Shown: positions 24,700 to 37,199 of the stretch, in pieces | How positions within the stretch are numbered: position 1 is the first letter of the stretch | Layout of the letters: every line of letters begins with the position of its first letter | Source of the DNA: Dicyema japonicum | Taxonomy: Eukaryota > Animalia > Dicyemida | DNA length: 64,000 bases | Direction of reading: 5' to 3' | Assembly: GCA_011109175.1 (NCBI GenBank) | Contig: RDEW01000056.1 | Span: 62,001-126,000, forward strand | Program-made: the position numbers and the translations under genes | The notes under the pieces: model-generated | Seen by the model: only the letters and a program-made list of their open reading frames with translations | The model's database searches: none | Told to the model about the DNA's origin: nothing

Positions 24700-27510
24700 T
24701 TGATATTCGATTGAAATGGAAAATCTCACTACCAGAACAAACAACAATGAACTGAAAGTGGTCGTAATAAACCGTGTTTCCCGCAAGACTCTTCCCTGTC
24801 TAATCTGCAGCAAAGCAAACAAGAGGAAATTTGGTATTCAATGTTCCTGTTGCCTTAATTTTAAACACATTGGATGCTATAAGCTAACAAGAAAGACCGC
24901 ACAATCTCTGCCAAATTGGTCATGCCCCTAATGCCTTGGGAATAACGGCAGAAGAAGGGTGCTCGCCCTTGGACCTGTCTTGGACCTATCTAACACTGAT
25001 GAATGCTTACGGCGTTTAAATCGTCTTGAGTCGAAGAGGATCATCCCCACAGGATCTCAAAGTCTGTGCGTCTAACAGCTGCCAACTGTCTTGAAAGCTA
25101 ATTACCAGGGCAGTCGATGACAATACTCAAGATGCCTGGATACGCCTTTTCTGCTTTGCACCTCTTGTCCACGGATCACATCAGACCGAACTGAAAGAAG
25201 GGAACCTCAATTCAATCATCATGAGAAATGCCTCTAAATACGAAACTGTTAACCTGGCGACTTCACTGGGGAGTCATTCGATTGCTGATCTTCCAGGATC
25301 AAGAATGACTAGTGGGATATGCGCAAAGAAGTGAATAAGAAGGCATTGGTGGTGGACATTCGGGGTTGCCTGCGTACGCTCTTCAGCAATGACAAGGTTC
25401 TTTCACCAACTAAAAAAACCATCGAAATCATCATACAAAATCATCCACCCGCCCGGTCAGATCTACGCGAAACAGAAATTGTGAAAGACATTCCTCATTT
25501 GTCAACCACCAATGGTAATATACGATCTGCTAATTCATCTTTTCCAGGAAGCAGCGATGCTGGCTTGGACGGCCTACGTCCTATGCCAGAGGACTCCTCT
25601 TTGCATTCAAATATTGCCTTAAGAAAGCCGGCCTGCTTGTATACTAAAATTATCTTATGGGGCCCCTTGAGCTTTATTAGTTTGACATACTGGAATAGAA
25701 TAATAAGATTGCTGCCAGAGCAGCGAGCAAAAGTCTAAGTTCCCAAATGTACCCTACTCAACGTGGGGTTGGAGTTCCTCATGGATGCGAGGCAGTAATC
25801 CACTCAACCAGGAACTTTGCTTCCAGCCTGCTAGGCACCAAAAATGCTATAGTAGTCAAACTGGACATCCACAATGTTTTCAATAGCATTCGCAGAGATA
25901 TAATCATAGAAGCTAGCATCTCAAGGATCCCGGAAATTAGCAGAATTGTGAAACTTGCACATGGTTCTCTATGTATGTTGATATTCGGGCAACACATAAT
26001 CAAATCCTATATTGGAGTTCAACAAGGTGACCCCTTTGGCGCACTGCTCTACCTTGGGTATCGGCTGTGCAGCGTCGTCTACGCGAACTCCATTGAACCT
26101 ATAGTACCTTGATGACGCGACCGTCGTAGGTAATTGGGAACTTGTGGTTGCGGAAGTCGAGTCCACCATCTCTGCAATGCGTCACTTGAGTTGTAACCGA
26201 AAACGTATAAATCTAAACTCATAAATGTGCTTGCGTTGAGTAAGACTTCGGCCGTGCAGTGACTACGATTTCTAATTATCTCCTGGATGTCTCGGTCACC
26301 CGAATCGAAAACGCAATTTTTCTTCGCAATCATGTGTCAACTCTCCTAGAGAAAAAAATACATCATTTCAACAATTCACAGCAAGATTTAAAAACCATGG
26401 ACTTCCACATGTCTTCTACTGACAGCCCCATGTTTCGAGGACATGAACTTTTTAAGAGTCATTGACGAGAAGCTGAGGACTGCCGTTGAAGAAACGCTCA
26501 ACATTTCTTTTGATAAAACTAGCTGGATCCAATCCAAACTACCTTTTCGCTACGGAGGAATCGGAATACGCTCACAAGTAGAACTTTCCTTCCGGCCTTT
26601 TTATGTTCGACACATGGATTCAGTGGTCTCACACGCCAGATTAACGATCGACGCAGAACCAGAGGTATGTATGGCTCGGGATGTCTAGACGCGACTGGAT
26701 GTTGGATTCCCGAAGAACGCTAATAAACGACGAGAATGGGACAAGTTTTTATGCACAAAGATAATCGAAGAGATAAAACCTGTGTTTGATAAGCATCGTC
26801 TGGCTTGTGTGGTTTCTACATCGACGAACGAAAGTGGAGCCTGGTTCAGAGCATTACCATGCACTTCACTTGGGACACGATTAGACGACGACGTGAAGAA
26901 GATTGAAGTATCCGTTCGCCTCGGAATAGATGTTTGCAAAATCCATCGGTGTAGATGTGGAGGAATAGTCGACGCGAAAGGTCTTTACGCTCTTTCCTGT
27001 CGGACGAGTGGTAGAAGGAGTCAAAGACACTCCCTAATCAATCAATTTATTGCATGTGGACTTGAGTCTGCTGGATTTTCTGTCTAATTGGAACCGCTTG
27101 GACTTACTAAAGCCAACTGAATACCAGATAGAACCACTTTCTTCCCATGGGAAAGTGGTAAATACGTTTCCTGGGACGCCACCTGTGTCGATAGCCTCTC
27201 TCCCTCCAACCTTGCAACGACAGCAACTAAGTCAGACTCTTCAGCGGAGAAGATTGAAAACCTAAAGTTAATGAAATACGCATGCTTTGGTGGACAGTTC
27301 ATTTTTGAACCAGTCGCATTGGAAACGTCAGGAAACATATAAAGAAGGTCACCAATCCTGCTAAACAGAATCAGATCGCTCATAGCGAAAAAAATGATAG
27401 GATAGATAGGAGCTGGCTCATTCAACTTAATATGTCGCGTCCCGCCCGGGATACCCATCCAATGCTGGTAACATTTCACCTGTAAATCGACATGTCGCCT
27501 GTCATTCAAT
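24700..27510 (+). mobile_element. Near full-length but decayed CRE-like LINE (PHD-like finger, RT, RLE)
   Basis: N-terminal C4HC3-like finger (CLIC...CSCC...HIGC...WSCP); QRGVGVPHGCEA, KLDIHNVFNS, GVQQGDP; CRCG...LSC...RH; PVALETSG. Confidence 0.85.
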
Positions 27511-27635
27511 CGATATTAATTGGTTTCTAATCAAAAATCAAAGAATTTAATTTTTACAGTCTATATTTTCTTGATTCGACTCATGTTGACTATTATCGAT
27601 TTTCCTGATCCTGCCTAAATCTGCGATAAAAAATT

Positions 27636-28075
27636 ATTATTATTATTAACCCCAGGCATACCATTGTAAGCCCAGCACAAACAGTCATAACTAACTAATC
27701 CAAGAAAGGAACCAAAGGGAGAACATCTGCTTGTGCCGACCAAATCCATATTCCAATACTTCATTACAGGCTTCTGCTTCCGAAGAAAGGTGGAGAAGTA
27801 GGTCCGTCCTCTTCCAATTTTGTCCCACGTCCTACTGTCACGGACATCACTTCATTATTTAGCGGAATAGTTTTCATAATGCAATCTTCATTAGAGGGTT
27901 TGGTCAGGGAGAAAGGTAGGAAGATCCCTGTTAACAATTGTGTCGTGCCAGAAGGACTCGTCGCCTCACGTGTCGGATCTGTTTGAAAAGAATTGACCTT
28001 CGCTGAAACTACATTTTTTCGGATTTGAACTCACGACTTTCAGATCCGATGTCATCAGATTCAGCCAGAAGGTTG
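27636..28075 (-). mobile_element. Non-LTR 3' end with (TAA)n tail; possible tRNA-derived head upstream (SINE-like)
   Basis: (TTA)n at ~27633-27648; similarity to 12400-12570; B-box-like GAGTTCAAATCC on the minus strand at 28021-28032. Confidence 0.55.
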
Positions 28076-28179
28076 ATAAAAAAATTAAATAAACCTTTTT
28101 TCGGTTGTTTGACAAAATTTGAGTAATTTTACTTGATATTCAATTTTTCTATATGGAGATTCAATTTTATTAATTCAAT

Positions 28180-28470
28180 AAATCAAAAACGTGCCTATTG
28201 CAGATTTAAAAATATTTCTTGACTATGGTCTTACAAAGTTAACAATCCAACGTGGTATTGAACAGTCCAATACATGAAATAAAAATCTATGATCAACAGA
28301 ATCAATGGCTTTCTTCACATCAACCCAAGCATAATCAAAAGCTTTTCCACACTTCTTATTTGAGCATTAATTAATAAAGGCCTGTTCCTACGCCCTGACA
28401 ATGTTTACTCGTCCCAGCTGATTTTCAGATAATAGCCCAAACGAATCCACAAAATCTGAGAGTTTGTAAT
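28180..28470 (-). mobile_element. R4/Dong-like RT fragment (same family as 54650-56600)
   Basis: WVDVKKAIDSVDH and LDCSIPRWIVNFV; nucleotide match to 55578-55820. Confidence 0.8.
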
Positions 28471-28923
28471 ATTAAAAAAATTTAATTATATGTATCAAAT
28501 AACAAAATGATTTTTGTGTTTTATAGCCATTAAATCGGGACACATTATACTTGTCGAGGGCCGCATGTTTGACACCACCACTGTATATGATTCAATGCAA
28601 TAATTGTTTTCTTGTAGTGCTTGTTTCTACCGTTGACAAAGAAGCATTTTTCCTCGACAAGAAAGGATGTTCTTTTTTTGTCGTAGTACAGTGGGATTCT
28701 CAATTTATTCATGCTCTCTGTAAGGTACTTGAAATTAATTTGGTCAGAGTTCTTTTAAATAAATCTTTAACTAATTTGCCATGCTGGTAACTCAATAACA
28801 CGTAGCGCCTTTTTTCATTGAGATTCCTGTCACATTAAATTGTTGACTGAACCCCATTTATATCTGCAAATTTAATGACTTAAAACAACAAATTTCTCAT
28901 TAATTTGGAATAAATGTAATAAG

Positions 28924-30768
28924 TAGGGCAATTTAAGTGCTAAAATGCTATTTTTATTTTTATACTTATTTTAATATAAATTTGAATTTGGAATAATTAT
29001 TTTTTAATTTTGTTAAAAAAAACATACATTATAAATGCTATAAGTGCTTTTTTTGATTTTAAATGCTAATTTTTTTAATGCTAATTTAAATTGCAGTTAA
29101 AAAATCATTTTAATATCACCCATAAAATGATAATAAAATAATTTAGCACGCTATATAGTATTTTTTGTGATGCCAAAACCAAAGTGTTCGTTGATTAAGA
29201 AAGCTAAGCGTATAGTCTCGGAATTCAAAGATGATTTCTGTATTGCAGACGATGGCCTTCTATTTTGTTCTCTTTGTTTATCCAAAGTCAACTGTTCAAA
29301 AAAATTATCAGTTGATTCTCATCGGTCTTTAAAACATCAGAACAATATGCGTATAATTTTGTTAATGCAATTGTAGGTCATTCATGTAATTAAGTTCAAA
29401 CAACATTAACTGAATCAATCCAAGTAGATTCGGTTAATGAAACGATCACGGAAGCTTTTGTAAAAGCAAACATCCCGCTGTACAAATTAAATAACGATTC
29501 GATCAAAAAAATGTTTAAAACATTTAAAATTAACATTCCGTCAGAATTTTCATAGAGAACTACGGTCAAGTTTTTGCAGAAAAAAAGATAAATGAGTTGA
29601 CAAAATTATTAACATATTAAAATTTATTTTTAACTTTTAGAAACGAAAAGATTTTTATAATAATTGATGAAACAGATATCCGAAGGAAAAGTTTTGTAGT
29701 GATTCTAATTGGGAGCATTCGTTTCCAACAAAATCCTATATGGTTGAATGCAAAACACTGGAAAATCATGCCACTGCTGCTATCATCTACCAATTAATAG
29801 ATGACGTCATTAAAGAAATGAAGATTATTCGTGACAATTTTTATCTACTAATTTCAGATGCCGCTCCTTATATGATCTCTGGTGATATAAATTTATTTAA
29901 ATAAATAGGTGGTAAAACATTAATGGACATGTATAACAGCATGCATCATGTGACGTGTGTTTCTCATTTGTTACACAATACGATTTTACGTATAAAGTGT
30001 GCATATCCGGAAATAAATGGCTTAATTCCAAGCATTAAAGCTGCTACAGTAAAAAACCGCAAACTTCGTAATTTGTTCAAGGATGTTGGATACCCACCTG
30101 ATGTGGTAATTACTAGGTATTCTTTTGCTTAATTTATGCAGATGGGGAAGTTGGTTTCAAGCAGTGAAATATTATTTCATGAATTTTGAAATAATTTTTG
30201 AAATTGTTAACGTATTTCAGTCAGATGGAGTTTTAGTATCAAATGCTAAACATCATGTCAACAATCCGGATAATAAGTTTCAATTAACGGAAATCATTAA
30301 ATTATTCGCAAATAGTAGATCTTCTTAAACTTTTGGAGTGTTGTGACTACTCAATCAATCGGGCATATTATGATATACAAGTACTACATTTTGATAATGA
30401 CAAGGCAAATATCAAAAATTATATAAATAAAAAAATGGAGACAAATGGATTTAAACCTATTATTGAAATGACTGGACCAAAAATTAGCCAACAAGATTAC
30501 GCTGTCAGGCATCTTCTGCATCTGTTGAAAGAACTATTAAAATGCTAAAAAATATTTTTAAAAAGGATAGGAACTTCCATCCAGACAATATCAAGCATTA
30601 ACTTTTATAAAATTAAATGTTGTATTTTATTTTTTTAAGTTATAGATTTTACAATTTTAAATGCTAGATTTTATCATTTTAAGTGCTAATTTTTATAATT
30701 ATAATTGCTAGATTTTGTGATTTTTAGCGCTAAAAAATTTTTTTAACTGCTAGAAACAAATTGTCCTA
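28924..30768 (+). mobile_element. Complete hAT-superfamily transposon (1845 bp); decayed transposase with mini-introns
   Basis: TIRs TAGGGCAATTT / TAGGACAATTT(rc); 8-bp TSD GTAATAAG / CTAATAAG. Motifs LFCSLC, ANIPLYKLN, IDET, LISDAAPYM, HVTCVSHLLH, PPDVVITRWGSW. Introns 29351-29376, 29882-29908, 30117-30141. Confidence 0.92.
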
Positions 30769-31553
30769 CTAATAAGCCATACTCACTAAGCGATGTATGT
30801 GCTGAGAGGATAGTCATTAAGGAGTAATAGCCAGACTAGAGACATGTTTTACTCTTTCTTTTGTAGAGATTAATATTTATTAGGGATCTCCATGCAATCT
30901 ACGTTAGAAGAGTGTACGATTAGACTCAATAAGAATTAATTGCAATTACTATCTTTAGCATATATGAAAATGAAGATTCATGGAACTTGTTAAAATAAAT
31001 TATCAGAATAAGAAAATCGAATGTTTGTAAAATTGTAGACATGACCTCAGAATTACGTATCTACTCATTATAATCAGTATTAGCATGGCATGTCATCATC
31101 GGTCTCACGTACACCACGTAAATAACGTGGTAATTTATAAAACATTAACTAATATTTAAATTCAGATAATTATAAAGAATAAAATAAATTAATAAAAGAT
31201 TTAATTTTTACGTCGATTTATTGTTGAATGGCCTCATTTTGCCATACTGGCTCTTTGACCTCGAAAAACGTAGAATTATTAAGAACACCCGCAATAAACT
31301 TGAAGGAAAAGTCACGAATATAATAAAAAAGAATAAAGATAAAAATTAGAACAGATTTATGTTGTCTTCTGTGCTATGGAGTTCTACGGCGTACACAAAC
31401 AAACATACGTTGATCCAAATACATACGTATTTTTATAAGCATTCGTAACAAAATTTGGGTAGTTTAAAATTGAAATTCTTATTGATGAGTTGTGATTTCC
31501 TAGCTATTTTCTGGATTACCGACAAACAGCATTCTTCTGTGAATATGAAAATA

Positions 31554-32010
31554 CAGTAAAACCTCTCGAATCCGCCGGATTTTTTTAAAATATAAAATTC
31601 CATATCAGAAATTCTCGAATCCGCCGCATTTAAAAATAATTTTTTTCATTTTCTTATTATTTCTATTTTTAAGTCAAAAAAAACCTTCTACATAGACATT
31701 AATAAGTGTCTATCAGAAAAACATTTTTTTGTGTCGTTGGTCCTAATGAATCGTATTTTTATAAGATTAAAAAATTCTGAAAGGCTCCAAATTATAAAAT
31801 TTATCGGGCAAAATCGAGGGATTTCGCTCACAAGAGTGTCTGAAATCTTTTCCGGAAAATTCAGACATGTTTTTTAAAGACGATCCTTAGATGACCTGAG
31901 GAGCAAAGAGAATCCAAATTCGAAGTTCAATGAAATCGACGAGGATACCATGTCGTGGATTGAACTGATAGAAACCAGAAAAAGGTAGTCCTTATTTTTG
32001 AGTCCCACAC
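31554..32010 (+). mobile_element. pogo/Tigger transposon 5' fragment
   Basis: TA followed by CAGTAAAACCTCTCGAATCC terminus; CENP-B-like HTH MNRIFIRLKNSERLQIIKFI and KFNEIDEDTMSWI. Confidence 0.75.
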
Positions 32011-32386
32011 AGCGATGGATTAATTGGTTTACGTTACAATTAATTTCAATATCAAAATCTTTCGTAGATAGGCCAATGAAAATGCTTTTTTGTCAACAGT
32101 AGAAACAAGCACTACAAGAAAACAATTATTGCATTGAATCATATACAGTGGTGGTGTCAAACATGCGGCCCTCGACAAGTATAATGTGTCCCGATTTAAT
32201 GGCTATAAAACACAAAAATCATTTTGTTATTTGATACATATAATTAAATTTTTTTAATATTACAAACTCTCAGATTTAGTGGATTCGTTTGGGCTATTAT
32301 CTGAAAATCATATGGGACGAGTAAACATTGTCAGGGCGTAGGAAAAGACCTTTATTAATTAATGCTCAAATAAGAAGTGCGGAAAA

Positions 32387-35018
32387 TACGACAACCAACA
32401 CAACAAGTATAAGACGAACACAACAACAACATTCCGTACGAATACGACAAATATCACATTCAGTCCAACTACGACCAAAACAACTCTAAGATCAACAACA
32501 ACCAAATTCAGTTGAACGACGAGCACAACTATTTCAAGACCAACGACAACAACCACATTCATTCCAAATTCGAACACAAATACACCAAAACCAACTACAA
32601 CAACCACATTCAGTCAATCTATGAGCACAACAACACCAAGATCATAAAAAACTCATACGGTCCAACTACGAACACAACTATTACAAGATCAAAGACAACT
32701 ACCACATTCTGTCCAACTAAGAAGACAACTATTCAAAGACCAACGACAACAACCACATTCATTCAAAATTCGAACACAAATACTCCAAGACTATAGACAA
32801 CAACTACATTCCGTTTAACTACGACAACAACGAGTCAAAGACATACTGCAAAACAACCGCATTTCCTAATACTACGACCAATTTACAAAGACCACAATAA
32901 CCACATTTAGTCCAACTACGACCAAAACAACTCCAAGATTAACAACAACCACATTCAGTCCAACTACGAACACAACTATTCCAAGACCAACGACAACAAC
33001 CACATTCAGTCCAACGAAAAACACAACTATTCCAAGACCAACGACTACAACCTCATTCCGTCCTTCTATAAACAACTACTCCAAAACCAACAACAACCAC
33101 ATTCAGTACAACTACGAACACAAATATTTCAAGAACAAAGACAAAAAACACATTAATTCCAAATTCGAACATAATACTCGAAGACTATCAACAACAACTA
33201 CATTCCGTTGAACAACGAACACAACTATTTCAAGATTAACGACAACAACCACATTCATTCCTATTTCGAATACAAATACTCGAAGACTATCGACAACAAC
33301 CACATTTAGTCCAACGAAAAACACAACTATTCCAAGATCAACGACAACAACCACATTCTGTCCAACTATGAAGACAACTATTCCAAGACCAACGACAACA
33401 ACCACATTCAGTCCATTTAAGAGCACAACCACTCCAAGATCATCAAAAAACTCATTCAGTCCACTATGAACACAAATATTCCGAGACCAAAGACAAATAC
33501 CACATTCAGTCCATCTACTACCAAAACAACTCTAAGATCAACAACAACCAATTTCAGTTGAACAACGAACACAACTATTTCAAGACCAACGACAACAACG
33601 ACATTACTTTTAACTACGACAACAACGAGTCGAACACCTACTGCATAACAACCGCATTTCCTAATACTATGACCAATTTACAAAGACCACAATAACCACA
33701 TTTATCGAACTAGAACCACTACAACCCAAGACCAACAACAAAAACATTCTGTCCAACTAAGAACACAACTATTCCAAGACCAACGACAACAACCAGATTC
33801 AGTCGAACTACGAACACAACTATTTCAAGAACAAAGACAAATACCACATTCATTTAAAATTCGAACACAAATTCTCAAAGACTATAGACAACAACTACAT
33901 TCCGTTAAACAACGAACACAACTATTTCAAGACCAACGACAAATACCGCAATCATTTCAAATTCGAACACAAATACTCCAAGACTATCGACAACAACTAC
34001 ATTCTGTTTAACTACGAAAACAACGAGTCAAAGACCTACTGCAACAACCGCATTTAGTGCAACTACGACCACAACAACTTTAAGACCAACAACCACATTC
34101 AGTTTAACTTCTAACACAACTATTCCAAACCATCGACAACAACCACAATCAGTCCAACTAAGAACACAAGTATTCCAAGAACAACGACAACAACCACATT
34201 CAGTCCATCTATGAGTACAACTACTCCAAAACAAACAACAACCACATTCAGTCCAACTTCGAACACAACTATTCCAAACCATCAACAACTACCACATTCA
34301 GTCCAACTAAGAACACAACTATTCCAAGAACAACGACAAAAACCACATTCAGTCCATCTATGAGTACCACTACTACAAAACCAACAACAACCAGATTCAG
34401 TCCAACTACGAACACAACTATTTCAAGAACAAAGACAAATACCACATTCATTCCAAATTCGAACACAAATACTCCAAGAAATCTCAACAACTACATTCCG
34501 TTGAACAACGAAATCAATATTTCAAGACCAACGACAATAAACACATTCAGTCCAAATTCGACTCAAATACTCAAGACTATCGACAACAACTACTTTTCGT
34601 TTAACTACGACAACAACGAGTCAAAGACCTACTGCAACAACCGCATTTCCTAATACTACGACCAATTTACAAAGACCACAAAACCACATTTAATGCATCT
34701 ACAACCACAAAAACTCAAAGACTAACAACAACCACATTCAGTCCAACTACGAAAAAAACTATTTCAAGAACAAAGACAAATACCACATTCATTCTAAATT
34801 CGAACACAAATACTCCAAGAAATCTCAACAACTACATTCCGTTGAACAACGAAAGCAATATTTCAAGACCAACGACAATAAACACATTCAGTCCAAATTC
34901 GACTCAAATACTCCAAGACTATCGACAACAACTACTTTTCGTTTAACTACGACAACAACGAGTCAAAGACCTACTGCAACAACCGCATTTCCTAATACTA
35001 CGACCAATTTACAAAGAC
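32387..35018 (+). repeat. Second Thr-rich mucin-like coding minisatellite (~51-nt unit, TTTTFSPTTNTTIPRPT-like), no upstream exons
   Basis: Repeated ACAACAACCACATTCAGTCCAACTACGAACACAACTATTCCAAGAC with higher-order blocks; many frameshifts and stops. Confidence 0.9.
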
Positions 35019-35609
35019 CGAACTTTCGCTACTCTGTAATGCCAAGTGATGATTATTCCAGTGGTTTTGACATAAGATGGAGTAATCTCAAGATGCTTCA
35101 AGAATCATATGCATAAATTATCTATTAAAGAATCAACGAGGATATACACCCAATCTGTTGTGCTGAAGAGATCGCTAGAAAGTATGCTCATTGAACATGA
35201 GCATGAAATGAAGGTATACGATGAAGAGTACGCCTCTGCTATTTCCCAACTTGTAGAACTGGCATGTCGTGAGAACAGCTCACTGGATTCTAACAGAGAT
35301 ATTTCGACTGAATCTGAGGTGGAGATGGGAAGTAACAAAAAGTTTATGGCACACTATTCTTCTAAAAGAAGAAGAAGGATTAGCAGCAATCTGGATTAAA
35401 ATTTGCTTAATTAGTTAATTTACTTGTTAATATTATTATAGAAATAGAAAATAACGATAAAAATGGCAAATTCAAGAAAGTTTCTGTATGTAATATTCAA
35501 CTCTGAAATAAATAAATTATTCATCGCTGATAAATTATTCATCACAGATATAAATAAATTATTCATCGTTAATAAAAAGTAAAATTCACATGGGTATTTG
35601 ACATATCAG

Positions 35610-36487
35610 CAAAAAATCAATTTCTTGCTTTGTTTGACCGTTATTTATATATTGTTGTTCACGATTGATGTAAAGAGTTTATAATATTTAGACGAATGAC
35701 AGAGCTTACAACAAAGACATCTTATTAGTCAGTGGATACTATAATGGGGGGTTTCGTAGACCTCAAGAGTATTTTATGTGGATGAAAAAATTTGCCTTTA
35801 TTGAAACCCATCTTGTATTTTTCTCAGACGACAAGAAAATCCTCAGATATATGGGCAAGATTAGAAAAAATCTTCCTACCACTTTAATTAACCTAAACAG
35901 GTCAGAATTGATTGGGTTTAAAAAAATTGAAGAAATAAAGCATATTTTAACACTTCCTGGATTTGGGTTGCATTTTAAAGAAACTGGAAATTATAACTAC
36001 TCCGCCGTCACGAATTCCAAACACGATATTTCGAAAAGAGCAATCGTAATGTTCTCCCATAATTTCTCATACGTCGCCTGGGTTGATGTCGGTCTTTTCC
36101 GCAACGTGAAAACTACAAAAATGTATAAACTGAAAAAAAACAAAATACGTGTACGATACACGTATCACTATGAGTCAAGTAAAAAAATATGAAGAATATC
36201 CTATCGAAAATGTCATAAAAAATGCAAGAGTTTGGGTATCTGGAGCTGTATTTATAGGTCCTGTTGACCTAATGTACAAATTATGTGATAATTACGAAAA
36301 GTTTTTTCTTAAATTGTTATCTTTGAAACTGATGGCGACTGACGAACAAGTACTATTCTCAATGTACACACTCGAAGGAATCGGACTTTTGGATAATAAA
36401 ATAAGACTGAGCCTCTATCAATGCAATTATTATCCAATTTACACGCTTCTAACAAACGTGAAATCATCTGATCATTGTTACACTTAG
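35610..36487 (+). CDS. HtrL/YibB-like protein with N-terminal membrane anchor; 22-nt intron 35670-35691; frameshift in A8 run near 36135; 5' end unresolved
   Basis: FLLCLTVIYILLFTI anchor; ILLVSGYY...EYFMWMKKF, HLVFFSDD, YVAWVDVGLFR, WVSGAVFIG and TDEQVLF resemble recalled HtrL/YibB-family motifs. Confidence 0.7.
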
Positions 36488-37199
36488 TTTTATTTTCTAA
36501 ATATGGGTTTATTTGGTGTTTTACTGATTATTTATCAGTTTATTTCCCAACTAGTATTTCCAACTAGTTCCACTTCTCCTTTAGGGACCAATGATGTGTG
36601 TAACATAGTCTTGTAGACTCCAATTCGTATGTTGGGTCAAGTAATGTGGGCCTGGTCTAACGTGGAAAATATCCAGAAATTTCACCCATTTGGGTTACTA
36701 CGCTTTTCAATAGGTTCCTTCGTTCTATAATATGACCCTTTGTCTTGTAATATGTTCCTTCGTCTTGTAATGTTACTCTTTCTTAGGTGAAATGTCAATT
36801 CTTTTCTTACGATTTCCATTGGAGAATATCTTTTGAGTTGTAAGTCACTATGATGTTTGTATGATCCCGGTTCATATTTTCAATTTCATTTGTTGACATG
36901 GGATGAACTTATCCAAAACCTGAGAAAATTTATCGGAGGCAATTTTGAATGGGAACCGCAGCAACGTATTGCAATGAAACGAATTCGCGTTGTGTAGCAG
37001 AGACGATAATCGGGTTCCGTGCTAGTAGGTCATCACGGTAGAAGAGGGAGGTTCCCGTACTGGCATTGGTATTGCTATCGAGCTACATTCCTTCGATGTA
37101 GTAGTATTGGTCTTTTTTATCTTGGTCTCGTTGACCACCAGGAAATCAATCCTGGTTGGCCGATTTTTCTTACTTTCTGTCTTGATTCCATTTTATTGT

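Larger units (their letters stand above)
28343..32386. repeat. 308-bp inverted repeat pair: 28343-28650 and 32079-32386
   Basis: Reverse-complement alignment by eye shows about 8 mismatches. Each arm holds a Charlie-type terminus (CAGTGGTGGTGTCAAACATGCGGCCC) fused to an R4 RT fragment. Confidence 0.92.

Noticed and set aside
28690-28920. Possible mini-intron gene fragment (GTACTTGAAATTAATTTGGTCAG, 23 nt)
   Set aside because: The spliced frame is short, hits stops and shows no recognisable motif.
29390-29560. In-frame TAA/TAG in the hAT as evidence of a ciliate genetic code
   Set aside because: The 890-aa RTE ORF and Pin1 contain no in-frame TAA/TAG and use CAA/CAG for Gln; host genes end in TAA. 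These stops are decay.
35109-35399. 96-aa ORF after the second Thr array
   Set aside because: No recognisable domain, no supporting splice structure, and an equally long opposite-strand ORF; not supported as a gene.
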